Shown in pieces: positions 1 through 14,468 of a stretch of DNA of 64,000 nt (position 1 is the first letter of the stretch; each line of letters starts with the position of its first letter). The stretch covers positions 51,956,001 to 52,020,000 of the forward strand of contig CM126223.1 of NCBI GenBank assembly GCA_052327205.1, written 5' to 3'. The position numbers were made by a program, and so were the translations under genes. The notes under the pieces were generated by a model. That model was not told where the DNA came from, made no database searches, and was given only the letters and a program-made list of their open reading frames with translations. Origin of the DNA: Somniosus microcephalus (taxonomy: Eukaryota).

Positions 1-885
1 AGGAAGCCAGTCAATATTTAGCACCTATAAAAATATGGAATCTGCAGTTTGTTACTGCATTTAAGAGCAGTGTAAAATATTGCATACTACTCTTTTGCAT
101 ACACATTATAGAACCCTTAAACAATGGAAAAAATAATCCCACCTCAGTTTTAGGTCACATTCTTGGCTTTGCCCAACTATTACTACCCCATTTACTCTCC
201 AGCTGTCATGTCCTGCACCATGGTCCTCAACATTCAAGACACCTTAAACAATGCTGTAGCACATTTTTGAAGACATGGAACTTCAAACTGGTCACTTCGT
301 TGCTTGTGATTTCAGTTATGTGCTCTACCCTCAGGTGTAAGATTCTAAAAAGGCATCAGTATGGTTTTGGAGCCAATAATTCCCAATCCAAATTTTAAGT
401 TACCAAGGCCACCCCAGGTCTTATACACTAATGGCCTTAAATAGATCCAGCAAGTTTACACTACGATTGTCACTAGCTGCGCAAGACTTGCGCTTTGGGA
501 ACTTCAGTGGAAACTTAATACTGAAGTTAAGCTGCTGTCGTATGAAGACAATGAACCATCACAATCCCAATTCCTCCTTTTCTTTCTCCTCCCCTTCTCC
601 CCATAATTGATCACCCCCAACACAGTGAACCATTAATGTTGCTAAAAGATTCAGGTTTTCACAACCTTCCTAAATGACAGCTCACTAACAGATTGGTGAG
701 TAACCTTCCATTATTGTGGATGATGAAATTTCAGGTTGTAGCTCTGAGTTTGCCACTCAGAACAATGTCAGTAGAACCAGGCCATAATTAAGCTTTTACA
801 TTGCAGCCAAATGTATGAAACTACTCTGCAAATACACAACTTCATACTTGAATTCTAGAATGCCATGTAATCAAGTGGTTCTTGC

Positions 886-1008
886 CTGGTCAATAAGGGG
901 TCTCCTGTAAGGGTTGGTCTCCTGCAGGACATTTGCCCAGAGCTCAGGGTCTTTCCGGCGGACTAGGTAACGAGACAGGCTCTTGAACAGCGAGTTCTCA
1001 TTGCACAC
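886..1008 (-). CDS. CLTC: CLTC exon 18 (123 nt), followed by a GC donor
   Basis: cag|GTGTGC...GACCAG|gcaaga; [41 protein letters not shown] (read manually). Confidence 0.95.
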
Positions 1009-1204
1009 CTGCATTAGAAGAAAAGTGGCTTAAGGACAAAATTTCACAGCAAGTTTTTAAAAATAAATTAAACCCAGACCTCTTAACCTTTATTTAACAG
1101 ACTCAATTTTCAAATGATCAAAGTATACAAAAGCTAAAATACAACTATCTAGGCAATATTTAAGTATTACAGTACTCAGTCAGATTTATACTGTGACCAT
1201 TTAA

Positions 1205-1490
1205 ACTGGTTAGTTCAAATGGTTGCACTCTTACTTCAAAAAAGTAGTTACAAGTCTCCTGTGTAAATCTAGGCAGACCTTCCAGTACAGTACTGAGGTA
1301 GGGCTACATTGTCAGCTACTATTTCAGGAGGACATTTAACAATTCCATGGCACAGAGCAGAGCCTGGTCAACATTCAACCAAAAATCAAGTGACTAATTT
1401 TTTTTGCACTGCTTTTAAGTGAGCTTTTGCTGTGCACAAAATGGCTGCCACATTTGCCTACATACTGTATTTCAAAAGTAATTGCTTCTG
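1205..1490 (+). mobile_element. Degenerate Deu-domain tRNA-SINE (SacSINE1/AmnSINE1-like)
   Basis: Contains ctaggcagaccttccagtacagtactgagg...ttgctgtgcacaaaatggctgcc, matching the reverse complement of the 42150-42556 copy. Confidence 0.6.
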
Positions 1491-1604
1491 GCTAGATATT
1501 CCACTTATGGGTGGAGAATCTGGCCATTTGTGAAGAACCAATATGTTTGAGCTAGACAAGTGCATCAAACTCAGCTTAACCTGCATTTCTTTTTTTATAC
1601 ATTA

Positions 1605-1889
<285 letters not shown>

Positions 1890-2491
1890 TTAGAAACCTG
1901 TGGCCAATGCATTCAAGCCACATCATTCAGCACTACATAAAAAGGCAGGAGGCCTGTTTGACTCACTCCAAAAATTGAATTAAAAAAATGGATCAGTTGT
2001 GTAGTAGGTTAGCACAAATTCTCTGGAAGGGCAGCGGTGGGGAGAGAAGGCAGGAAGTGCCAATCCTTTTCAGATGCCTCCAAGCAACTAGATTTCAGAA
2101 CAGAACCAGAGGTGTTAGCTGGTCAACTGTCAGACTTCTTGGTTAGGGATGGTGTTTGATAAGGTCTCTAAGCAAACAAACCATTCTGGCACAACTGAAT
2201 TTCAAAATGCAAGGACCTACTTGCTCATCCAGGGATTGATGGGCAGTGGAGATATGCCTAGTCAGAGCACTAAGCAGAAGTTACATCAAGTCAGAGGCTC
2301 AAGGGAACTGACATTTCAGTCCACAGAAGTGCCATCGGCTGACTAATTCCTTTAGTGGCCCAGTTGAAATGGAGAAAGCCATTAATGTTACTACTATTTA
2401 CTAATTTTTATACACAGTCTACAAATTTATGAAACGGCAATATTCAAATAGTCACCAAACCAGCTAGGCCAAGTTGATAAAGATGGCCTCA

Positions 2492-2677
<186 letters not shown>

Positions 2678-2895
2678 CTACACAAAGCACAAGAGTTACA
2701 TTCTTGTCCCAACAGACCCTTTTACAATTAAAAGCAAGTGAATAATTTGAGAATGGAAATGTGGTAAAACTGCTCAAACCTTAAGTGAATTAAGGCAGAG
2801 TTTAGCTTGTGGGCTAAAGAACAATTCTGCCCCCACCCCACCCCCTGCTAGAAGTGTAATAACCATCTGACTAAGTTAGACCAAGTTACAACTCA

Positions 2896-3069
<174 letters not shown>

Positions 3070-6000
3070 CTACAAAAACAAAACAATTTTAAAATCGGTA
3101 GCTTCAGGGCCCTAACGTAAAGCATCACGAACACATTCACCAATCTCCTTCAATGACAAATGCTCTGAACCGCCCCTTTTGACAGCAGAACTAAAGCACG
3201 ATATTTTAAATCTACATTTTCTTTTAGCATGGTGCAGAAATGCTGCTGCTTTTATCACGAAAGGAAAAATGAGAGAACGTAGTCAAATTCTAACAAATAC
3301 ACTCTTGTAAATCCTTGAATGGATTATTGATCACTTAGTAAATCAGTACATTTGATGAAGAAAAGTATCAAGTAAAAACTGCAGCAAAAGTGGCCATGTC
3401 TTTAGGTGCATCTACAGCAAAGGATATTTCAGCTCTAAAGAAATGCATATGGGGAATAGAGGAGATACAGGTTTATACTGTAGATCTGTATTTGACCTTT
3501 CACAGAAGTGATCATTTTACCTTAAGCTCAAATCTATATTTCACACCAGTCTTGTTCAGATGGATGTGAAAAAGACCCAAAAATATTTGAATAGTAGAGA
3601 GCTCTCCCAGCCAACAAATCAACTAGTCACTAATCTCTTGCTGTGTGCATCTGCAGAAATGACTCAAATTGCTCAAAGTGCAAATGCTTTGGGATGCAAT
3701 AAGAGGCTACATAAATGCAAGCTTTCTTGCAGTCCAAATGGATTTTACTGAGCTTTGGCAGCTTATACACCAAACAGGGCTGAATTTTCACCTATGTTCT
3801 TTAAGTGTGCACAGAATAAGCATACATGACTGAGGAATGGGACAGACACTGGAGCATTGTAGAACTGTCTACTCGGCCTAGAAACAAATTGGTTTGAATT
3901 ATCACAAGCCAAATGCTTAATCTTTCAAGCTATCTATGCAACATACCAAAAAAAAGGACATGGCACAAGTATTGCTTCAGTTGAGTAAGGGCATCTCAAC
4001 ATTATAAACTTGGATTCTACTTGAAACATGGGGGGCTTAGAGACCCCCTGTACCAAGTCTGTAGATTTAACTGAAAATTTAAGGTTGATGTAACGCTGGG
4101 GTTACAAATTTGAATCTCAATCTTCAATACTAATCCAGAACTCCCAAAAATGTTTCACCAATACTGATCATACAGGGTTTTTGTGGCACCTCACCTCCCC
4201 AATTAGGAGCACAACACAACAGCATTGAGATAACAACCCTACATCTACAGTAGTGATGGTATTCAAGAAGCTAGCAGTTACTGCAGGAATAGCACTCTGG
4301 GATTGAGATGCAGACATTGCTATATTAATTTATATGGGATTTTAATCAGTTTTAAAGTTCATACATTTGTAAGCAAATTCACATGCACTCACCCATTGGT
4401 GTATTGAGTCTGACTAATGCCAAGTGTTGTACATCAGAATTCATTTTTCCCATTAAATCCTAAATGTTGTTAAGTGGTTTAATAGAACCAATTAGAATTG
4501 GTTCTTTCTCCCCTTCCCTCAGCATGCTAGCTGTGCAAGGATACATTTCACATCTACAATTCCCACACTTGCATGTCTAGTCTTATCCATGACCTCTGGC
4601 AGCAAGTGCTCACCATCACTGCTCAAGAAAAATGGCAATCACCAAATCTGGTAGACGACTAGGCAAGAAGCTCAAGAGAGCAGTTGCTGAAAGTTTAGTG
4701 TGTACTTATGCTCTGGCTAGAGACAAGAAACTGGAGGCAGATGAGACTCAATTTATGGAAGAAGGATTAAGTAATTTAACCCTCTTTCCTCCATCTTGAC
4801 ATGCAATGTGTAGCATGAATATAGCCCAAAGCCAGATACTGAATTTTCAATGTGAACCAAGAAGCCATCCATTCACTAGTTACTAGGCTTACAGGCAGTC
4901 CAACAGGGGGGGAGAACCATGTTCACTGGCCTCCAGTATAGAGAACAGAGAAAAGCCTCAAAATTGTGCTTCAGCAAACTCAACAGTTGCTTACACTTAT
5001 ATTTTAGTTTTCACTTAAAGTACTAGATCAAAAGATTGATTCAAACTTGCATTTTAACATTACTGTAGTAACTGACAAGGTGGCTTTCCTCCTGAATCTT
5101 TGAGCTGGTTTGTTTCTGTGCCAGCCAGATGTCCCTAGTTGGATTTTGCTCCTTTTTAAAAAAAGAGCAGAATTAATGATAGATGAAGCTGCAAAACTGC
5201 AGTGCTAGCTTAGTGTCAGGAAACCTTAATGTGCATAATGTCTAGTTTGTTTTACAGATATACAAGTGTGATTTGTTCACATTGATGGCTGTTAAGCAGT
5301 CAATATTCTATTTAGTTTACAATGGTTTCCTCCAAACACCTTTGCTTACAGCTTAAAGTCAAACATCTAATTTTTTGCAAAAATCAGAGTCAAGCTTGTG
5401 ACCCAATGGCAAGGAACTCTAAGCAGGTCAGCTCACCAGCACTTTCATTATTCAGCTCAGTCAAAACAATGCAACTAAACTGGACATCTTGCCCTGCATT
5501 ATTTGAATCCATTTTATGATCGATGAGCAGTTGTTAAACTTTGGAAATACTGCAAAGTAGTGGTGTCATGGTTTGTTTAAATATATCCTACTGGAAAATT
5601 AGATTAGCATTAAACAAGATATTCTAGAAAACATGAAGACAACCTTCTGTAAATCCATATTTTAGCCAGCTTTACAATGGATATTCTGCCATCAATGTCT
5701 CCACATCCAAGAGCACTATCCTGCACAAATACAGAAGGAATACAGTCTGCTGTAAATAAGGTAGGGAGAAAGGCGGCAGCCTGCGCTGCAACATTTACCT
5801 GGTACATGTCCTGCCCATTCCAGACACAAGGAACAGCACAAAAGATAATAGCTTCCATCAGGAGCTGGTCACTCAATGCAACATTATACAAACTGACAAG
5901 CAGTGGAATAAGTTTAACATGGTTATCAAACTACAGCTCAAAATTTAGCACTAATAACTGAACAAACACCTCTCAATTCTGCAAACCCAGTTTAATCGGT

Positions 6001-6640
6001 TCTAGATTATTGCATGAAGCTTTAAGGGTCATTAGACTACAGTCGAGAAAGCAGCTATTAGGTTAAGTGTTTCTTTAAAGGCTATTTACTTTTGTAGCCA
6101 CTTCAGGCTCAGTAACTTCAACTTTCTGTAGATTTATGCTTAATGCAAGTACATAATAAAGTAGCAAATTAGTTCTTAATAAAACCAAACAAAAACAGCA
6201 ACTACATTTGATCATATACTAGCAGTTTGGCAACTACAAATCTGAAGCATGCATAAGTACACATACTAAGTCACTGTCAGCTATATTGTGAAAATAATGG
6301 TTAAGTTTAGTGTGGACCCTCTAATCAAGATATGCATATTTTCAAGACTAGCTTCAATTTAAGGTTCAGGTGCTTCAGTTATTAGATCCCTTGTTTAGAA
6401 TGAGCAGCTTGTAGTCAAGGTCTTGATGTGAAAGATAGAATACAAAAACAGCTCACTGCCATTACAAGTCACAAAGCTTTTAGAAATGCAACATGTGCTT
6501 ATGGCAGGACAACAGTAAATTGAGAAAAGGTGATTAAACAGATTTGGAAGCTTGAAATTGCTCAATAACCAAGCTGGATTCACAGTCAAACATTCAAATC
6601 CCAGAGAGAAGCCCAAAACTTGGACAGGTATGGGGTGCTA

Positions 6641-6992
6641 ACATAGAAGCTAGGAGTAGGCCAGTCGGCCCCTCGAACCTGTGCCGCCATTCAATGCGAT
6701 CATGGCTGATCATCCAAATTCAGTACCTGTCCCTGCTTTCTCCCCATATCCCTTGATCCCCTTCGCCTTAAGAAATATATCTAACTCCTTCTTGAAAATA
6801 TTTAAATGAATTGGCCTCAACTGTCTTCTGTGGTAGAGAATTCCACAGGTTCACCACTCTGAAGAAATTCCTCCTCAGTCCTAAATGGCTTACCCCTTAT
6901 CCTTAGACTGTGACCCCTGGTTCTAGACTCCCGTCATCAGGAACAGCTTTCCTGCATCTAGTCCAGTTAGAATTTTACACATTTCAATGAGA
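6641..6992 (-). mobile_element. CR1 LINE 3' fragment
   Basis: Reverse complement of the CR1 3' end at 50960-51323 (acatagaag...taggccagtcggcccctcgaacc...). Confidence 0.9.
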
Positions 6993-7421
6993 ACTTGGGG
7001 CTAGAATCCGATTGAGGACAATCAAATACTGTAGTGTACTGAACATGGAGCCCTTTGTACCCTAGATGACCCTGCACAGAACAGTATCAGAAAGGAGTGA
7101 TAAAAAAATTACACATGAGTTTGTGCAAATAGCCAATAGATAAACACTAAGAAAATGCACTTCAGTTCCTATGGCATGATCAAGACAAGACAACAGCTTC
7201 CTTAAGGGAAGGTGGCAATCTTGGGACAGATTGCTATGGTTACTCACTTGGATTTTGCAATTCAGGCACCAATAGAAATTCTTTATGCAGTCATGCAAAA
7301 AAAGACTTGCCAGACCAAAGTAGCCAGTTTTTACACAGCATTATTTAAACAGTTTATAAATTACTTTGCTCTCTTGCATATACTGTGTACACGTCAAAGA
7401 AATAAAGCCATGAAGTTTTCA

Positions 7422-7598
<177 letters not shown>

Positions 7599-7829
7599 TT
7601 ACAAATAAAGCAAAGTACATGTTACAAAGAGATAAGCAGGGAATTTTGTTCGTCAAGGTAGCCATCGATACGCTGCTTTTGTTTGCCATCCAATTTGACC
7701 CAAGAACACTCAATGGACAAGAAAAGCCCAACATTTTTTCCAAGTCAAGATTCATCCTAGTTACCTAGTAGCCCATGACTCTACTTGGTAACAGACCAAG
7801 TCAATTAAGATAGGATGACAAAGCTTGGT

Positions 7830-8360
7830 AGAAGAGATTGAGGTTTTTAAAAAAAAAGTTAGAGATGAGAAGTTTAAAGAAACAAGATTAAAAAATAAAT
7901 TTTTCTGCCATCAATGGTGGCATGAAAGGGCGCAGAAGGATGCAGAGGGGCAGACTCAGGAACAAAGTATTTTTAAGAGAGGAATTAGAGCTTGGAGATT
8001 TCAGATGAAAATGCAGCAATTTATAAGAGGGGGCAAGGGTTTAGAATTTAGACAAAGCTAACATAGGTCAGCAAGGACAAGGATGCTGGAGAGGACCTGT
8101 AGCAAAGTTTTGGATAATACTTATGCAAGAGCTCAAAGGAGGGCATTTTTGAATAATCTAGGTATCAAAAAAGGTACACAATTGTTACAGTAAAAGGCTA
8201 GCAATGTTGGAAAGTAAGTAGTCAATGATGGATAGGATATGGGTTTCAATTTCAGTCAGGAGGCCAAGGCTGCAAATAAATTGAGCCAGAGTGACCAGGG
8301 AAGGCTATGGTGTCTGTACCAAAAGGCCAGAGATTAAGACTTCAGGTTAAGCTTGAGGAA
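7830..8360 (-). mobile_element. Highly decayed L2-type LINE fragment
   Basis: Purine-rich tract with aggtcagcaaggacaagg and gcaaagttttggat motifs resembling the 21105-21420 fragment. Confidence 0.4.
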
Positions 8361-8937
8361 GTAGCGACTTATTTAAAAATGCTGTACAAGCAGTCAGATT
8401 GCACACAAGCACATGAAGGCTGGGTTGCAAAAAGCAAGCAGTAGAACTGCAAGTTGACCCTGTGCTTGGAGCCTGGAAAAGCAGGGGGGGGGGGGGGGGC
8501 AGTTACATCCTAGCAGGGGCTTAGTCTTTTAGAAGTGGCAATATAAAGTAATGTGGACCAGGTTAGCAGATTGAAGCTGGGGCACCAATTGCTACTAAGC
8601 TAGGAGTTCCTGTGCACAATTATCCCAGGGATTACTACCTAAAAGAGCAAATAGTAGGAATTCAGATAATAATTGCATAGGTGGTGATATTTACCACTCA
8701 ATAGCTACTGATTCACTGTTTTGGCACAAAAAAGGCCTAGTCAGGCAAACTGCTCAAGACATGCTGGCAACAGTACAATTCAGTCACCTGCAGAAAATAT
8801 GCAGGTGGTGATGAAAGCAGCATGTACAATTGCCCACTCTTCCATTCAATTCCTGTCAATTAGCTATGAATTACCCATGGCTTAAATTACCACCCAAGTA
8901 GAAGTTACATGAAATTCTATACAAGTCAAGCATCTAC

Positions 8938-9118
8938 CTTCAAAGCTCTTGAAAGACTCAAATAGTTCGATCAGTTGCTGGGTGCCAAGTTGTTCATGGT
9001 ATTTGGAGGCAACTTGCACACAGATCTGCAGATTCTGACGGATGTTAGCAGACAGCATGGCACGCAGACATTCAACAGAATCCTCAACGGACAGGGAGCC
9101 GAAGTAATTAACGAGCCA
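8938..9118 (-). CDS. CLTC: CLTC exon 13 (181 nt)
   Basis: cag|TGGCTC...TTTGAAG|gtagat; [60 protein letters not shown]. Confidence 0.97.
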
Positions 9119-9267
9119 CTGTGGGAGAATGATCAAGGTTTACAATTGTAGATCTAAAGCAAATTTAAAATGCAAATATTTACTTGGCTTTCTGAAACAG
9201 ACATGACATTTAGTATTTTAAATCTAAAGCAGCCTCCAATTAAGGAACGTTATATTACTTAAAACTA

Positions 9268-9531
<264 letters not shown>

Positions 9532-10281
9532 CTACAACCAAAGACAAGTGCTATTTATTAAAATATAAATTGCTAAAGTATGGTATTTTGGGGGGCATGA
9601 GCTCCAATTGAAAAGAAAGCCATATTGACGAGAGGAAGACACTTCAAAGCACTGTACTAGCATACAAATGAATCCTCTAGCTTTATGCTAAAAAGTAGGT
9701 CAAGTAAATGTCAAGGATTTCTTCAATAGTGGAGAGTGTGATCTGAAGGTGCAATCACCTGGGTAGTGCCAACTCCTACTAGCAAATAATCAGCATCACA
9801 GATGAGCAGCAGCAGGGCACCTGTGATTCTGAGTCAAAGGATACAAAGTGCAGGAGCCTTGGAAGGGGAAGAAACGCAAGAGTATATTGAACACAGCAAT
9901 CACTATAGTCCACTCTTGCTGAATATTTAAGTCAGCCGACTACCCAAAGAACAAGTAACTGGATTATGTTGTGCAATGCAACAACCCAAAAAAGTGAAAT
10001 GCAAGTCATCCATGCAGCCACCAGAGGGGGTAGAAATGCCAACCATATGGAAGATGCATTACTGCAGTAGCTCCTACTAGCTGGAAAGGCATTAATGAAG
10101 CAACAATACACCAGCTGCTAGTAGAGTTAAAGAACAAACCTGGGTAGATTAGAATTTGAAGGGGAACTCTTAAAATGGGGTAAAACTAAGCAAATATAGC
10201 ATTCAAACTTCAACCTAAGGGGGATGGGATATTGATTTAGCAAGCAATATTCCCCAGGGTAACAAGGTAATTTATATTGTA

Positions 10282-10490
10282 GAATGTACAGCACAGGCCA
10301 TTTGGTCCAAAAGTCCATACTGGTGGTTATGCTTCACGCAAGCCTTCTCCCACCCTTCTAGCACATCCTATTGCTTCATGTTTATCTAGCTTCCCTTAAA
10401 TTAGTCTATGCTATTCATCTCAACTACTCTGCTTGCAGTAGTTGATTTTACACAGAATGTGTAAAGAGGTTTCTCCTGGATTTTAGGGAC
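10282..10490 (-). mobile_element. Old CR1 3' fragment
   Basis: cagcacaggccatttggtcc...tttatctagcttcccttaaa; antisense to the tail type at 47290-47495 and 55720-56000. Confidence 0.6.
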
Positions 10491-10717
10491 TGCTACTTAA
10501 ATGAAAAAGAATCAGACAGCCCTTCTATTACAACTGGGTCAGACACTGCAAAAGTGTAATTAAACCCACTCAGCAGGATCACTGTCCAAATATTTGGCAG
10601 GGAAGTGAATGCAACATCCAATTATCACCACTTCCACCCCAGAGTATAGAACTGTTCATGGTTAGTTTGTTCTACACTTTTGCCTCTACAACCTGCAAGG
10701 TCACACCAACAGCTTCA

Positions 10718-10921
<204 letters not shown>

Positions 10922-11309
10922 TTAGACAAAAAACTTGCACTCTAGATGTGGAATGTTAGTGAAGAATGAAACACTTTCCATACTTGTCAAAATTCTTCAC
11001 TAGTGAGTGGATACAAAATAAAAAGTAGGGTTATTTATCCCTCTTGCTTGCAATCATTTCCATGCATTGCAAAAGTCAAACTCTAAGAGCAGGCAATTTT
11101 ACCAGAAAAGGGATGCGCTTCTTGGGCCAATAATCAGCTCTGCCCAACTCCACCATTTCTGAAAACATTAAAATGTCATACAAATTTCCCACAGTTGGGG
11201 GGCTCAGAGGTATTTAATAGGCACGAGAAGCCCCTTATCCAAAGGAGGACCATTCATGCAAGTTCAGAAAAGTTTGTGGGCAGCCTGTGGAAACACCAGA
11301 CAAACTCAA

Positions 11310-11485
11310 TACATAGAAGGCTGCCATTCAGCCCATCATGCCAGCTCTTTCTACCACTCCCTGCAAATTTTTCCTTTAAGTATATACCCAATACCCCTTT
11401 GAAAGTTACTATTTAATCTGCTTCCATCACCCTTACAGGCTGCACATTCCAGATCATAACTTGCTGCATTAAAATTCTCATCTTC
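11310..11485 (-). mobile_element. Old CR1 3' fragment
   Basis: catagaaggctgccattcagcccatc...ttgaaagttactatt...cattccagatcataac, CR1 tail features. Confidence 0.55.
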
Positions 11486-12323
11486 CTTCTGGTTTTGTTG
11501 ATTTTAAAGTTCATATTTTCAAAGCTGCATTTACACAAAATCAAAATCTAAGTACTACACAGACTTCTATTCAAGTGCAGCACAAGTAAATGTACATGCA
11601 ATTTCCAGCAAGAGTACCAGACAGCAATCCAGTGTGACAATCCTTGCTCACTGCCATCGCTTTTCCAAGATGGATACCAACTGTGACCCCCCACTCCAGC
11701 TAGTGATGCAACTCAATCAGGGACTGAAGCTGGGGCCTTTCTGGCCAGATGTACCCACTTTCTTGGACTGGTAGAGGCAGCACTGGGTTTCCCCCCCAGT
11801 GTCACCAAGCATAAAATCAGTACTCCAAGTACCCCCTTTGAGGGTTGTCACTAAAAATAATCTGAGGTTCACAAATCTCAACACGAACTAGGTCAGGCCA
11901 GTATTCCATTGTTCAATTATACAATGAACATCCTGCAGTGCCCAGTCACTGAAGAGTTTTCTTCCCTGCACATAGTATACCAGGAAAGATTTAAAGTGGG
12001 CGATGAGTTAAACACAATGGAATTTTTTTTTGGGGGGGGGGGGGGGAAAAGAGAGGAGGGAGGAAGAAGTGTATAAATCAGTACTGATTAAACATGGAAC
12101 TTTGAAGAAAACAAACAGTCTAGCAGATGTTTTGAGTTAATTAGTTTTCAAAAGCAAGCGTTTCAGCATTACAAGGCCGGCCATTCATTCCTGTCCCGTT
12201 ACTCCTACCATTATAAGTTGTAATTAACTGAATAAGTGGTTTCAGTTTGTATTTTCAATTAAAGATTTATTTCTGCTATTATGCAAGTTTTTTTTAGTAC
12301 TCTTAAATTAAGAGTTTTCTTAC

Positions 12324-12446
12324 CTGGGTGATATCTGCAAGAGGCTCTTCATCCTGAACCAACATCTGAGCAAACTGAAGTCCCTGATCAGGCCCAACCC
12401 TCATCACATTCCTCAGCAGAAAGATCCAATCTGGAGAGTAACCAAC
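12324..12446 (-). CDS. CLTC: CLTC exon 10 (123 nt)
   Basis: cag|GTTGGT...ACCCAG|gtaaga; [41 protein letters not shown] (read manually). Confidence 0.96.
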
Positions 12447-12864
12447 CTGAACAAGACAAACCATAAAATGGAGCAATAAATCTAGTATTACATGGATACA
12501 ATCATTCCTACACCCTCAGGAATTCAATACCTTCCATCTAGCTGAATCAGTCCTAAATTTCCTTTAATGCAGATTCTGAATACCTACAAAAAAGACATTC
12601 CATATTGCTACAGCTCAATGAAGATTGCAGAAGGATTTCTCAATTTAAGCAAGGTAATTTGTGGCAAAATTCAATGATCTGCAGGGCTTTGAATGCAAAG
12701 GCCATCAGTGCTAAAACAGAATAATTTGGACAATCTCAATCACAACCAAAGCCAGATTTATCCCATTTAAATGGGAACGTGCAACATTCAAGTTTTGCAA
12801 GTTAACCTTCCTAAGACATTATACCTACCATGACGCTGATCCCTTACAATCCAGACATTGAATT

Positions 12865-13982
12865 GTGTGTGATTTGCACATGATGATTTTCAAAAGGCAT
12901 TCGATAAGGTTCCACAAGAGGTTGTTGTACAAGATTAGGGCTCATGGGATTGAGGGCAATTGATTAGCTTGGATTGAGGATTGGTGAATCAACAAAAAAA
13001 AAGTGTAGGAATAAACTGGTCATTTTCCAGTTGGCAGGTTGTAACTAGTGGGATGCCACAAGGATCAGTGCTTGGGCCTCAGCTATTTATAATCTACATC
13101 AAATGACAGAGGACTGAGTGTTGTATCCAAGCTAGAAAGACTTGCATTTCTATAGCACCGTTAACAGCCACCAGATGTCCCAAAGCACTTCCCAGCCAAT
13201 GAAGTACTTCTAAGTGTAGTCATTGTTGGAAATATAATAGGTAGGAAAGTAAGCTACAAGGAGGATGTAGAGGCTGCAAAGGGATAAGACTGTTTGAGTG
13301 GGCAAAAAGGTGGCAGATGGAGTATAATTGGGGAAATGTGAAATTATCCACTTTGGTAGGAAGAATAGAAAAGCCTATTTTTTTTTTTTTTTTTTTTTTA
13401 AAGTTGAGCACAGAAACTGTTAGTACAGAGGTATTTGGGGGTCCTTGTACAGTATTGTAAGGGGTTGGGAGTACAAGTAAAGAAGTCTTGCTGCAATTAT
13501 ATAGGGCTTTGGCAACACCACACTAAGTACAGTGTACAATTGGTCTCTTTACCCTAGGAAGGATATGCTGCCCAAAAAAGGATCCAAAGGTTCACTAGAT
13601 TGATTCCTGGGAAGAGACAGACACCTGGAGTCAACAAGGTGATCTCATTGAAATGTCAAATTCTTGACAGGGTAGATGCAGAGAGGCTGTTTCTCATAGT
13701 TGGAGAGTCTAGAACTAGGGGTCACACTCAGGTTAAGGGGGTCAGCCATTTAGGACCAGAGATGAGAAATTTCTTTGCTCATGAAGGTTGCGAATCTTTG
13801 GAATTATCTACCCTAGAGAGCTGTGAATGCTCAGTCAGAGTATATTCAAGAATTAGATTGGTATTTGGGACACCAAGGGAATCAAGGAACATGGGGATAG
13901 GGTAGGAAAGGTCAGTCATGATCTTATTGAATGGCAGAGCAGGCTTGAGGGGATTGTATGGTCTACTCCTGCTCCTATTTAG
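12865..13982 (+). mobile_element. 5'-truncated, degenerate CR1 LINE (RT C-terminal part plus 3' UTR)
   Basis: gattttcaaaaggcattcgataagg (DFQKAFDK), ccacaaggatcagtgcttgggcctcag (PQGSVLGPQ), ESRTRGH, tail ...ctactcctgctcctatt. Confidence 0.9.
13135..13232 (-). mobile_element. Deu-SINE 3' tail inserted into the CR1
   Basis: gacttgcatttctatagcacc...gtcccaaagcacttcccagccaatgaagtactt, the same tail as at 42150-42250. Confidence 0.8.
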
Positions 13983-14225
13983 GTGCTGTATTCCTATGGA
14001 GCACGACTGAAAAATTATGCACAGCTCTAAATTGAACAGCAAAATTATTGTAGAACAGTTTAGGACAGAAGGTGACCAGAAAGGGCTTTGAACTGAATGA
14101 AGTCTCAACTGAGGAATTCTGCAAGAAGTCAAATGGGCCATGAGAATGGATTAAACAAAACATTCAGGCAAGTAACTCAATGAATGAGCAGTTACTCAAA
14201 TGAGGAAAACCTGAAAGCAGATTTA

Positions 14226-14468
<243 letters not shown>

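Noticed and set aside
715-750. C/D-box-like motifs (tgatga...ctga)
   Set aside because: Antisense to the host transcript, too closely spaced and without a terminal stem. No credible intronic snoRNA was found.
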